A DNA stretch of 64,000 nucleotides from Candidatus Hydrogenedens terephthalaticus JGI OTU-1 (GTDB taxonomy: Bacteria; Hydrogenedentota; Hydrogenedentia; Hydrogenedentales; Hydrogenedentaceae): NCBI GenBank assembly GCA_000493945.1, contig AWNW01000005.1, positions 7,668 through 71,667 of the forward strand, read 5' to 3'. The position numbers were made by a program, and so were the translations under genes. The notes under the pieces are model-generated. The model saw nothing but the letters and a program-made list of their open reading frames with translations. It had not been told where the DNA came from and made no database searches. Numbering within the stretch: position 1 is the first letter of the stretch; every line of letters starts with the position of its first letter. This document shows positions 1-8,488 of this stretch, piece after piece.

Positions 1-551
1 ACCGTTCCTATGCTTATAAATAACATAATAAGTCCCGCAAGAAGGCAAAGCCCTCCCCCACCTGTAACAAGCAATGCCTCCCAGGCACTTTTTCTTGCTT
101 CTTCCTGTTCATGATAATGTCCTATGAGGAAAAAGGAAGCCAAACTGGTCAACTCCCAGAAAAGGAAAAGGAGAAATAAATTTGCGGAAAAAACAATACC
201 TAACATAGAACCCATAAAGACGAAGAACCAGAAAAACCAACTGTTCAGGGATGTGTCTTTATGCAAATAGATTACTGCGAAGAAATGAATTAATATACCT
301 ACGGTTAAAATAAAAATTCCGAAAAGGAGTTGGAAATAAGAACTTTCAAAAGATAATTGCACCCCCAAGGATGGTATCCAATCCAATTGAAAAGATAAGT
401 CTTTTTTCTGGTGGAAGTATAAAATTGCAAGACATAGTGCTAAAAAAGGTGGAATGCTAATAATTATGCTTTGTAAAGGTTTTTTAATTGGAAAAAGTAA
501 AAAAAGTAACAAAGCAGGACTGAAGGCTAAAAAAATAATGGTAAGTATCAT
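1..551 (-). CDS. Na+/H+ antiporter subunit A (MrpA/MnhA) or NuoL-family proton-translocating subunit. N-terminal part only, since the gene runs off the left edge.
   Basis: Own minus-strand translation from the ATG at 551-549 gives MILTIIFLAFSPALLLF...FLFWELTSLASFFLIGHYHEQEEARKSAWEALLVTGGGGLCLLAG. The WELTS..FLLIG and LVTGxGGLxLLAG blocks are typical of MrpA/NuoL N-termini. It is absent from the ORF track because it has no stop inside the window. Confidence 0.7.
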   Translation of the reverse strand, partial: MILTIIFLAFSPALLLFLLFPIKKPLQSIIISIPPFLALCLAILYFHQKKDLSFQLDWIPSLGVQLSFESSYFQLLFGIFILTVGILIHFFAVIYLHKDTSLNSWFFWFFVFMGSMLGIVFSANLFLLFLFWELTSLASFFLIGHYHEQEEARKSAWEALLVTGGGGLCLLAGLIMLFISIGT

Positions 552-696
552 TTTCTATTGTATTTTCAATCGCAAATTGTATTATGCTCTTGTTATACTG
601 ATGTAGTTTGTAATATTATTTTATAAAGTTTGTATAATAAATGATAATATAAGATGTATTCAATTATTTTTAATACACATTATAAGGAGGTTTTAA

Positions 697-840
697 ATGA
701 AACACACGAAATCAATGACACACAAAGTTTCTAATCTTGAAACAGCGTCTGCCTCTACAATTATTTCCATTGTTGCAACTGTTCTCACCGCTATTGCGGG
801 TTTGTTGTCTGCACTTGCCCCAATTATTGCAAAGAGTTAG
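697..840 (+). CDS. Small hydrophobic membrane peptide (47 aa), hypothetical
   Basis: Own translation gives MKHTKSMTHKVSNLETASASTIISIVATVLTAIAGLLSALAPIIAKS. A strong SD (AAGGAGG, 684-690) lies 6 nt before the ATG. The peptide has one predicted TM helix rich in small residues. It is below the ORF-track size cutoff. Confidence 0.45.
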   Translation: MKHTKSMTHKVSNLETASASTIISIVATVLTAIAGLLSALAPIIAKS

Positions 841-850
841 TTTTAATAGT

Positions 851-907
851 CGGACTTATCCGACAAATTTAACGCATAAAATAAATCGGATAGTTCGGAT
901 AAGTCCG
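851..907. repeat. 13-bp perfect inverted repeat between convergent genes. Possible RNA hairpin or bidirectional terminator, but it has no U-tract.
   Basis: CGGACTTATCCGA (851-863) pairs with TCGGATAAGTCCG (895-907), separated by a 31-nt spacer. It lies between the small ORF stop (840) and the thiolase stop (916). Confidence 0.3.
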
Positions 908-915
908 TAAAAATA

Positions 916-2100
916 TTACGCTAATTCAAATAAACCACTAATTCCCATTCCACCGCCAATACACATAGTAGCGATGCCTTTTTTTGATTTTCTCCGTTGC
1001 ATCTCATAGATTAGGGTTGTTGTAATTCGTGCACCGGAGCAACCAATGGGATGTCCTAATGCGATTGCACCTCCATTAACATTTACAATATCCGTCCGCA
1101 TCCCTAACTGTTGTATGCAAGGTATAGATTGAGCAGAAAAGGCTTCGTTGATTTCCCATAGGTCAATATCATTTATTGTCAATTTATTTTTATCTAATAA
1201 TTTTCGTGTGGCGAATACAGGTCCTAAGCCCATATAAGCAGGGTCGCAGCCCATTGATTGAATATCTATAATGCGAACAGGATTGAAAGCGGGTTTAATT
1301 TTAGGTAGAACTTCTTCGGAAACAAGAATAAGAGCGGATGCTCCATCATTAATACCCGAAGCGTTTCCTGCAGTAACAGTTCCATTGGGTTTAAAAGCAG
1401 GTTTAAGTTTACTTAACTTTTCTAATGTTGTATCAGGACGAGGATGTTCATCTTTATCTAAAATAACCGTCCCTTTTTTTGTTTCTAAATTAATGGGTAT
1501 AATTTCCTCTTGGAATAATCCTTTTTCAAATGCACGCGCACATTTCATTTGACTTTCGTACGCAAATTGGTCCTGTGCTTCTCTGGATACACCAAATTTT
1601 TCGGCAACATTTTCAGCGGTTATTCCCATGTGGTATTGATTGAAGATATCCCATAGTCCATCATAAATCATGCTATCAATTGCTGTGGTATCGCCCATTC
1701 GTGAACCGCGTCGTAAAGTTTTTAACAGGTATGGAGCCTGAGACATATTTTCCATACCACCTGCGATAACAACACTTGCACGCTCTGTGCGAATACTTTG
1801 CCAAGCCAGTTCAATGGCTTTCATACCGGAGCCACAGACCATATTCACAGTATATGCCGGTGTAGACTGAGGTATCCCACTGTGAATGGAAACTTGACGG
1901 GACGGGTTCTGCCCTAACCCTGCGGTCAATACTTCACCAAAAACGACTTCATCAATTTGTTCAGTTGTAATTTCTGGATGTCGGCAAAGCAATTCTTTTA
2001 CGACATGGGTTCCTAATTGGACTGCAGATACTTCTGCAAAGATACCGTTAAAACTTCCCACAGGTGTTCTCAATGCGTCAATGATAAAAACATTCTTCAT
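916..2100 (-). CDS. Acetyl-CoA C-acetyltransferase (thiolase II)
   Basis: 394 aa. Thiolase motifs are present: [12 protein letters not shown] (active-site Cys), [18 protein letters not shown] and CIGGGMG at the C-terminus. Confidence 0.92.
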   Translation of the reverse strand: MKNVFIIDALRTPVGSFNGIFAEVSAVQLGTHVVKELLCRHPEITTEQIDEVVFGEVLTAGLGQNPSRQVSIHSGIPQSTPAYTVNMVCGSGMKAIELAWQSIRTERASVVIAGGMENMSQAPYLLKTLRRGSRMGDTTAIDSMIYDGLWDIFNQYHMGITAENVAEKFGVSREAQDQFAYESQMKCARAFEKGLFQEEIIPINLETKKGTVILDKDEHPRPDTTLEKLSKLKPAFKPNGTVTAGNASGINDGASALILVSEEVLPKIKPAFNPVRIIDIQSMGCDPAYMGLGPVFATRKLLDKNKLTINDIDLWEINEAFSAQSIPCIQQLGMRTDIVNVNGGAIALGHPIGCSGARITTTLIYEMQRRKSKKGIATMCIGGGMGISGLFELA

Positions 2101-2171
2101 TTGCTGTTCCTTTCTTTTATTTTTTTTATAATTATATTATGAAAATAATGTTAAATTATATCTGTTTTGAG

Positions 2172-2201
2172 TTGACAAAGGGTATATTTATTTTTTAATA
2201 T
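2172..2201 (+). promoter_or_regulatory. Candidate sigma70-type promoter for the ACBP gene
   Basis: TTGACA (2172-2177), an 18-nt spacer, then TAATAT (2196-2201), about 65 nt upstream of the ATG at 2266. Confidence 0.3.
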
Positions 2202-2265
2202 AAAAGTATACTTAATGGTAAGTATAAATTAAAATTTAACTTTATAAAAAATGAAAGGGTTTAAC

Positions 2266-2538
2266 ATGTCAGAAGAATTAAAAGCAAAATTTGAACAGGC
2301 TTCTAAAGATGTAACTCAATTGTCAGAAGCACCTGATGCTCAAACCAAACTAAGATTGTATGCTTTATATAAGCAGGCTTCCGAAGGGGACTGCAAAGGT
2401 TCCCGTCCCGGCATGATGGATTTTATAGTCAGGGCGAAATATGACGCATGGAAAGCATTGGAAGGGACATCGCAGGAACAAGCCATGCAGATGTATATTG
2501 ACCTTGTAGAAGAATTAAAAGCAAAAGACAAGAAATAG
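2266..2538 (+). CDS. Acyl-CoA-binding protein (ACBP/DBI family)
   Basis: The translation MSEELKAKFEQASKDVTQL...KLRLYALYKQASEGDC...PGMMDFIVRAKYDAWKAL matches the ACBP four-helix signature (LxLYxxYKQAxxGD ... KxxAW). The start was moved to the second ATG of ORF 2251-2538. Confidence 0.85.
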   Translation: MSEELKAKFEQASKDVTQLSEAPDAQTKLRLYALYKQASEGDCKGSRPGMMDFIVRAKYDAWKALEGTSQEQAMQMYIDLVEELKAKDKK

Positions 2539-2556
2539 TATAGATTATTTCTAAAA

Positions 2557-2597
2557 GGAAAACCGCTTCTGATAGTTCAGAAGCGGTTTCCTTTTTA
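2557..2597. terminator. Bidirectional rho-independent terminator between the ACBP gene and ppdK
   Basis: Stem AAACCGCTTCTGA (2560-2572) pairs with TCAGAAGCGGTTT (2577-2589) around a 4-nt loop. TTTTT follows on the plus strand and a TTTT run follows on the minus strand. Confidence 0.75.
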
Positions 2598-2616
2598 TAG
2601 TACTAAATGGATAACC

Positions 2617-5406
2617 TTACTTTTTGCGGGAGGTTTTCTTTTCTTTGCCTTTTTTAGTGGGCTTGGCTGATTTTGCAGACTTATTTCGGGGGGTTTCGAT
2701 TTCAGCCTGTGCCGCAGCAAACCGTGCGATAGGGACGCGGTAAGGACTGCAACTTACATAATTTAAGCCAACACGATGACAGAATTTCACGGATGAAGGT
2801 TCGCCACCATGTTCACCACATATACCACATTTCAGGTCGGGACGAGTGGCTCTTCCTTTTTCTACAGCCATTTGAATAAGTTGTCCAATACCTTCCTGGT
2901 CTAAAACTTCAAATGGGTCGGCAGGAAGGATTTTGTTTTCTAAGTAAACAGGTAAGAAACTACCGATATCATCACGAGAGAAGCCAAAGCCCATCTGGGT
3001 AAGGTCGTTTGTTCCAAAACTAAAGAATTCCGCAGTTTCTGCAATCTTATCCGCAGTTAAAGCGGCTCGTGGCACTTCAATCATGGTGCCGACCATATAG
3101 TTAATTTTTACACCCATTTCTTTCATGACATCTTTGGCTACTTTATGAATGATTTCGACTTGATTATCTAATTCTCGTTTTGAGCCCACAAGGGGAACCA
3201 TAATTTCGGGAAGTACCTTCATTTTTTGTTTAATCAAGGTTCCTGCGGCTTCAAGGATAGCACGGGCTTGCATTTCGGTAATTTCGGGATAGGTAATACC
3301 TAAACGGCAACCACGATGTCCTAACATGGGGTTCAATTCGTGTAGTTTTTCAACGCGTGCTTTAATTTCTTCAACAGTTACATTGCAAACCTTTGCCAAG
3401 TTTTGAAGTTCTTCGGGGTCTTCTAAAAGGCTACCTACAAACTCATGTAATGGTGGGTCAAGCAAACGAACGGTCACCGGTCTGCCATTCATGGCTTTGA
3501 AAATACCGATGAAATCTTCTTTCTGGAAAGGTAAAAGTTTCATAACAGCGGAACGGCGATCTTCTTGATTCTTAGCTAGAATCATTTCACGCATGTGTAT
3601 AATTCGTTCCGGCTGGAAGAACATGTGTTCTGTGCGTGCCAGACCGATACCTTCTGCACCAAATTCTACGGCTTTGGCGGCATCATCCGGGCGTTCTGCA
3701 TTGGTGCGAACTTTCAATACACGAATTTCATCAGCCCATTTCATAATAGAAGCAAACCATTTATTCTTTTCGGGTTGAGCCGGGATAACCTTGAGTGCGC
3801 CCATGTAAACTTTACCGAGGCTACCGTTCATAGAAATCCAGTCTCCTTCTTTTAAGACTTCTCCAGAAACATGGATTTCTTTTTTATCAAGGTCAATATG
3901 CAAACTACCACAACCTACGATACAGCATTTACCCCAACCACGAGCAACCAATGCAGCGTGAGAGGTCATGCCGCCTCTTGCGGTAAGGATGGCTTCGGCG
4001 GCGTGCATGCCATGAACATCTTCGGGAGAGGTTTCTTCACGAACAAGGATAACCTTTTCACCTTTCTTTGCCCATGCTTCAGCGTCATCTGCAGTTAATA
4101 CGATTTTTCCTACGGCACCACCGGGTCCTGCGGGTAATCCTTTTGCAATGACTTTTGCTTTTTGTTCTTCTGCCGGGTCGAGCATGGGATGCAAGAATTC
4201 GTCGAGTTGTGTGGGTTTTACACGCATAATGGCTGTTTTCTTATCAATCAATTTTTCATTTGCCATATCTACAGCAATTCGAACTGCTGCCATACCGGTG
4301 CGTTTGCCGGTACGTGTTTGCAACATAAAGAGCTTACCTTCTTCAATAGTAAACTCAATATCTTGCATATCTGTGAAATGCTTTTCTAATTTATTACGAA
4401 TACCTACTAACTCTTTATATGTTTTGGGCATTAATTTTTCTAATGAAGGAAGATGTTGATTTTCCTGACTTTTTGTGGCTTCGTTTAATGGGTAAGGTGT
4501 GCGAATACCAGCAACGACATCTTCGCCCTGTGCATTGATAAGCCATTCGCCATAGAATTTGTTTTCGCCTGTTGCAGGATTTCGGGTGAAAGCAACGCCT
4601 GTCGCAGAGGTCTCACCCAAATTACCGAAGACCATAGATTGGACATTTACGGCTGTTCCCCACTCATCGGGAATTTTCTCGATACGACGATAAGCAATAG
4701 CCCGTTTACCGTTCCATGATTGGAATACTGCTTTAATAGCACCCCATAATTGCTCATTGGGGTCATCCGGGAATTCCTTCTTTAATGTATCCTTAACGAT
4801 TTGTTTGAATTTTTCGCACAATTCTTTCAGGTCATCTGCGGTAAGTTCGGTATCCAGTTTTACTCCTCTTTGCTTTTTCAATTCATCCATTGCCGCTTCC
4901 ATTTGTTTGCGGACTGCCATCTCTTCTTTTTCAGGTTCAATACCGGCTGCTTTTTCCATGACGACATCGGCGTACATCATAATAAGACGGCGATACGAGT
5001 CATATACGAAGCGTTCGTTTTTAGTTTTTTCAATCAGTCCAGGAATTGTTTTAGAACAAAGACCGACATTCAGAACGGTCTCCATCATTCCGGGCATGGA
5101 GGTACGGGCTCCGGAGCGAACCGATACTAACAGAGGATTTTTAGGGTCGCCAAATTTCTTGCCCATTGTCTTTTCAACTTTTTGTAATGCTTTTTTAACT
5201 TCATCAACGAGAGAAGAGGGGAGTTTCCCTTTATTGGCGTAATATTCAGTACACATTTCTGTTGAAATTGTAAATCCTGCGGGGACAGGAATACCTAAAT
5301 TAGCCATTTCAGCAAGGTTGGCTCCTTTGCCTCCGAGAATTTCTTTCATATCGGCACGGCCTTCTGCCTTGCCTCCACCAAAGAAATAAACAAACTTTTT
5401 ACTCAT
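2617..5406 (-). CDS. ppdK: Pyruvate, phosphate dikinase with a Lys-rich C-terminal extension
   Basis: 929 aa. The N-terminus is FGGGKAEG..MKEILGGKGANLAEM, the phospho-His loop is GGMTSHAALVARGWGKCCIVGC, and the PEP-utilising TIM barrel contains GLNYVSCSPYRVP. Confidence 0.95.
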   Translation of the reverse strand: MSKKFVYFFGGGKAEGRADMKEILGGKGANLAEMANLGIPVPAGFTISTEMCTEYYANKGKLPSSLVDEVKKALQKVEKTMGKKFGDPKNPLLVSVRSGARTSMPGMMETVLNVGLCSKTIPGLIEKTKNERFVYDSYRRLIMMYADVVMEKAAGIEPEKEEMAVRKQMEAAMDELKKQRGVKLDTELTADDLKELCEKFKQIVKDTLKKEFPDDPNEQLWGAIKAVFQSWNGKRAIAYRRIEKIPDEWGTAVNVQSMVFGNLGETSATGVAFTRNPATGENKFYGEWLINAQGEDVVAGIRTPYPLNEATKSQENQHLPSLEKLMPKTYKELVGIRNKLEKHFTDMQDIEFTIEEGKLFMLQTRTGKRTGMAAVRIAVDMANEKLIDKKTAIMRVKPTQLDEFLHPMLDPAEEQKAKVIAKGLPAGPGGAVGKIVLTADDAEAWAKKGEKVILVREETSPEDVHGMHAAEAILTARGGMTSHAALVARGWGKCCIVGCGSLHIDLDKKEIHVSGEVLKEGDWISMNGSLGKVYMGALKVIPAQPEKNKWFASIMKWADEIRVLKVRTNAERPDDAAKAVEFGAEGIGLARTEHMFFQPERIIHMREMILAKNQEDRRSAVMKLLPFQKEDFIGIFKAMNGRPVTVRLLDPPLHEFVGSLLEDPEELQNLAKVCNVTVEEIKARVEKLHELNPMLGHRGCRLGITYPEITEMQARAILEAAGTLIKQKMKVLPEIMVPLVGSKRELDNQVEIIHKVAKDVMKEMGVKINYMVGTMIEVPRAALTADKIAETAEFFSFGTNDLTQMGFGFSRDDIGSFLPVYLENKILPADPFEVLDQEGIGQLIQMAVEKGRATRPDLKCGICGEHGGEPSSVKFCHRVGLNYVSCSPYRVPIARFAAAQAEIETPRNKSAKSAKPTKKGKEKKTSRKK

Positions 5407-5651
5407 AAAATTTTTTCTCCTGTATTATAGGTTTAATTGTTTATATATTTTTTGACTGTAAATTTGTATCTAAAAACTAAAAGCCCCTTTTTTATAAGGA
5501 AGTGTTGAGAAATGCTATTGGCTTTATTTATGCAATCAAAATAAGGATATGGTATTATAATACTTTCAAAGTAATATTATCAAAAATAATTTGATTGCAT
5601 GATTTTTAAAATCGTTATATTTTTATAGAAGTACAAAGGTAATAGGAAAGA

Positions 5652-7187
5652 ATGTCGGTAGATAATCACAAAGATAAGAATGCGGGGCGTGTATCTTCTG
5701 AAGATAAGGAAGTATGGTATAAAAGTCCCGCATTACGGTTCGTTGTATTTTTTATAATTGTAGTTGTTAGTTTCTTAACAGCATATCGTTATTTAATTCA
5801 TACAACATGGAACGACCGCTATCTTTTTACATTAGCCAAAAATACATGTTGGGTATTGAATAAAGTAGGCGATAATGCAACATTAGAAGGTCTTCCACAG
5901 AGTATATCCCCTGAGGAATGCAGAGCGTGGTTATCAGCCTGGGCGAGGGGTGCAAACCAGCCTGCTCCGGAAGATTATATTAATGCCAGTAAGGAGCCTT
6001 TAACGCCATGGGAACAGTGGTCGTATCGTGCTCAGAAGGCGAGGAAACAAGGGGTTCAAATTAAGTTAGGTCCACGCGTTGTATTTGTTTTAAAGGAAGG
6101 TTTACTATCCAAAATAACCGTACTGGAAGATAAAATAAAGGAATTAAATCGCAATCTGACTTTGTCGGAGCCCGAAAAAGCGAGCCTGTTGGCAATGTAT
6201 AATACAGAGTTACAAGCATTAAGACTACAGTATGCAGAAGCCCAAAAAAATCCCAAAGACAATCGGCGGGTCAGTGGATATATATTTCCGTTTATTATTA
6301 TTTCGGAATGTGGTGCGATAGAGATTATGGCGATATTTTTCGCTGCGGTAATTGCATATCCGACACTTTTTCGAAAAAAGTTATTGGGGATAGCTGTTGG
6401 GATACCTTTAATGTATTTTGTTAATATTTTTCGTTTATCTTTTTTGGCGATTGTAGGGGCATTAAACGCAGGGGGGAAATGGTTTGAATTTTTACATTAT
6501 TATGTTTGGCAGGCTGTATATATTGTTTTTGTGGTAGCGGTATGGCTTGCATGGATAGAGTTTGTCGTTTATGCGGAAGCAAAGGAAGGAATGTCTTTCC
6601 GAGACCGTATAATGCAGATTTTCCAGAAAAAAACTTTGGTTCCTCTATTTCAGACTTTGCTATTCTGTATAAAATTTATTCTTGTGGTTGTTCCGCTGGT
6701 ATGTATCTGGTGGGCATTGATTCCTGTGTATGGGTGGATACTTGTTCAGATATCCGGTTCTATCCTGAGATTTATAATGGGTGTGCCAATCATGGCGGGA
6801 GGAATACGGCCTTCCGGTTTCCTGAATACGGCTTCTGTAATTTATTTTGTAATACAGGGGTATGAATTTGAGAAAACATCGCCTATTGCATTGTTAATAA
6901 CCAATCTACCTCCTTTTATTTCGCTGATGTTGATTACGCGTATATCATGGATAAGTCGTTTGAAAAAGATATTATGGGGTGTAGGTATAATTATGTTGGG
7001 TCATATTCTTTTTATCGTTATAGTGCTTCGTTATCAGGAAGTATTAAAGGCATATAGTGAATTACCTATGGCGGTAATTCAGTTCTATCTTACGATGCCA
7101 TTTATGTTATGGATAGCCATGGTATTTCGTGAGCGATTTTTAAATCGTTCTGCTAACAATCTCTCTCCCAATAAGAAACAGGCATAA
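5652..7187 (+). CDS. Exosortase/archaeosortase-family polytopic membrane protein with an atypical architecture
   Basis: 511 aa. The segment GYIFPFIIISEC(220)GAIEIM...YFVN(258)IFR(261)LSFLAIVG...FEFLH(282)YY reproduces the family pattern of a hydrophobic run, Cys, about 40 aa, NxxR, then His. A single N-terminal TM helix is followed by a roughly 160-aa soluble or coiled-coil insert before the Cys helix. About 200 aa of multi-TM C-terminal region is additional. Confidence 0.55.
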   Translation: MSVDNHKDKNAGRVSSEDKEVWYKSPALRFVVFFIIVVVSFLTAYRYLIHTTWNDRYLFTLAKNTCWVLNKVGDNATLEGLPQSISPEECRAWLSAWARGANQPAPEDYINASKEPLTPWEQWSYRAQKARKQGVQIKLGPRVVFVLKEGLLSKITVLEDKIKELNRNLTLSEPEKASLLAMYNTELQALRLQYAEAQKNPKDNRRVSGYIFPFIIISECGAIEIMAIFFAAVIAYPTLFRKKLLGIAVGIPLMYFVNIFRLSFLAIVGALNAGGKWFEFLHYYVWQAVYIVFVVAVWLAWIEFVVYAEAKEGMSFRDRIMQIFQKKTLVPLFQTLLFCIKFILVVVPLVCIWWALIPVYGWILVQISGSILRFIMGVPIMAGGIRPSGFLNTASVIYFVIQGYEFEKTSPIALLITNLPPFISLMLITRISWISRLKKILWGVGIIMLGHILFIVIVLRYQEVLKAYSELPMAVIQFYLTMPFMLWIAMVFRERFLNRSANNLSPNKKQA

Positions 7188-7297
7188 AATTCCTTTGTAT
7201 TCGTCCTACTCTAATTAAAGAAAATTACCTTTTTTGCCGACAATATTATTGTAACTTTATGTTGGAAAAGGAACCCGACGAAATAAGGAGACTGACA

Positions 7298-7501
7298 ATG
7301 GATACAAATTCAATCGCATCGGTCAGCATCGTCGGGGCCGGACTAAGCCAGTTTCGACTGCAGTCCCAACCTGCAGAGGGAGTAGGATTGAAGGAGCAAC
7401 CTTTGCCTTCTACAGACTTGGGGACAGCGACACTGGAACTTATACTTCGGACTCTGTCGCGTAATGAGTCGGAGGGGCACGACCTCGATGTGCTGGCTTA
7501 G
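7298..7501 (+). CDS. Small protein (67 aa), possibly a YjfB-like putative motility protein
   Basis: An AAGGAG SD lies 7 nt before the ATG at 7298. The start MDTNSIASVS and the end ..EGHDLDVLA resemble my recollection of YjfB-family proteins (MD.sSIs... / ..G.nLDv.a). The locus is GC-rich compared with its flanks, and a structured RNA remains an alternative (see findings). Confidence 0.4.
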   Translation: MDTNSIASVSIVGAGLSQFRLQSQPAEGVGLKEQPLPSTDLGTATLELILRTLSRNESEGHDLDVLA

Positions 7502-7523
7502 CACTCAATCTGTCCTTTTCCGA

Positions 7524-7560
7524 GGGAGGCAGAACAAGGATGTGTATGCCTCCCTTTTTT
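7524..7560 (+). terminator. Rho-independent terminator
   Basis: GGGAGGCA (7524-7531) pairs with TGCCTCCC (7547-7554), followed by TTTTTT (7555-7560). Confidence 0.8.
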
Positions 7561-7628
7561 ATTTAATAAAACAGTTTTTCCTTGTTGATATTTATCTAAA
7601 TATTTTCTTCGATAGAAGGGGGATTTTT

Positions 7629-7652
7629 AGGGATAATTCATGAATTATCCCT
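7629..7652. repeat. 24-bp perfect palindrome in an intergenic region
   Basis: AGGGATAATTCA|TGAATTATCCCT. It is followed by ACATTATTTTTT on the plus strand and lies between the 7524 terminator and the lpxH stop. Confidence 0.6.
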
Positions 7653-7729
7653 ACATTATTTTTTAAAAACAATTTACAAATTTAATCCCGTTTGAAATTG
7701 GAGTGATAGATAACCCCTATTGTCAGAAT

Positions 7730-8488
7730 TTATTCTCCATTCTGTATATAATGACACAGATGAAACTTTTCCCCATCCCATTTTATATAAGTTTTATTTT
7801 CTATCCAATCGCCAGAATTGATATACCAACACTGACGATCATTAATTTGTAAAACAGAACATTCCGGTTTATGGCAATGACCCGATATAACTGCATCACA
7901 TACAGAATCTTTCAATTTTTCTATTGCATAAGATTTTATGGATTCCGCTTCACGATAATGTCCCGATACATTGTTTTTTTGTAATTTTCGACTACCTTTA
8001 CTAAGAAATTGTGCCAGTCCCATTGCCCAATCTGGATGAATTAAACGAAAAACAAAAATTAGAAAAGGATTTCTTGCTAAAGTCTTAAATAAACGATAAC
8101 CCCAATCCCTTTTATTAAGTCCATCTCCATGAATCAGCAGAGTATTACATCCGTCAAAATCTAATATTACCCCGGATTGAAAAATCTGGAAACCAATTTT
8201 TTCTAAGTTTTTTCCTGCCCAAAAATCATGGTTTCCTCCAATAAAGACCAGTTTCACACCCTTACGATGAAGTTCGTAAAAAGCGTTCAATATTTCAAGG
8301 TATCCTGAAAAGACCACATGTTTATATTCAAACCAGAAATCAAAAATATCTCCCAAACAAATAATTCGTCGGGGAGGATTTTCCGCTAAACTACGCAAAA
8401 AAGTTTCAAATTCCTTACGATGAGATAAATACCTTTCCCCTACTTTTAAGTGGACATCCGATAATATAATATCAAAATTCACAGCCAA
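7730..8488 (-). CDS. lpxH: UDP-2,3-diacylglucosamine diphosphatase (LpxH-type calcineurin-like phosphoesterase)
   Basis: Metallophosphoesterase motifs are present: SDVHL, GDIFDFW, GGNHDFW, IHGD and GHCH. Size (252 aa) and the N-terminal layout match LpxH. Confidence 0.7.
   Translation of the reverse strand: MAVNFDIILSDVHLKVGERYLSHRKEFETFLRSLAENPPRRIICLGDIFDFWFEYKHVVFSGYLEILNAFYELHRKGVKLVFIGGNHDFWAGKNLEKIGFQIFQSGVILDFDGCNTLLIHGDGLNKRDWGYRLFKTLARNPFLIFVFRLIHPDWAMGLAQFLSKGSRKLQKNNVSGHYREAESIKSYAIEKLKDSVCDAVISGHCHKPECSVLQINDRQCWYINSGDWIENKTYIKWDGEKFHLCHYIQNGE

Noticed and set aside
3593-5242. Several 60-160-aa plus-strand ORFs inside ppdK, and similar antisense ORFs inside the thiolase, ftsH, glmM, GH13, icd, serA and rpoD genes
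   Set aside because: These are shadow ORFs antisense to strongly supported conserved genes. Their translations are low-complexity or Cys/Phe/Ser-rich, and they have no RBS.
7333-7560. tmRNA (ssrA), suggested by GGGGCCGG...GTTTCGAC resembling a tmRNA 5' end
   Set aside because: The locus is too short. It has no complementary 3' acceptor strand, no T-arm GGTTCGA and no CCA end. It also lacks a tag reading frame ending in the usual hydrophobic C-terminus.
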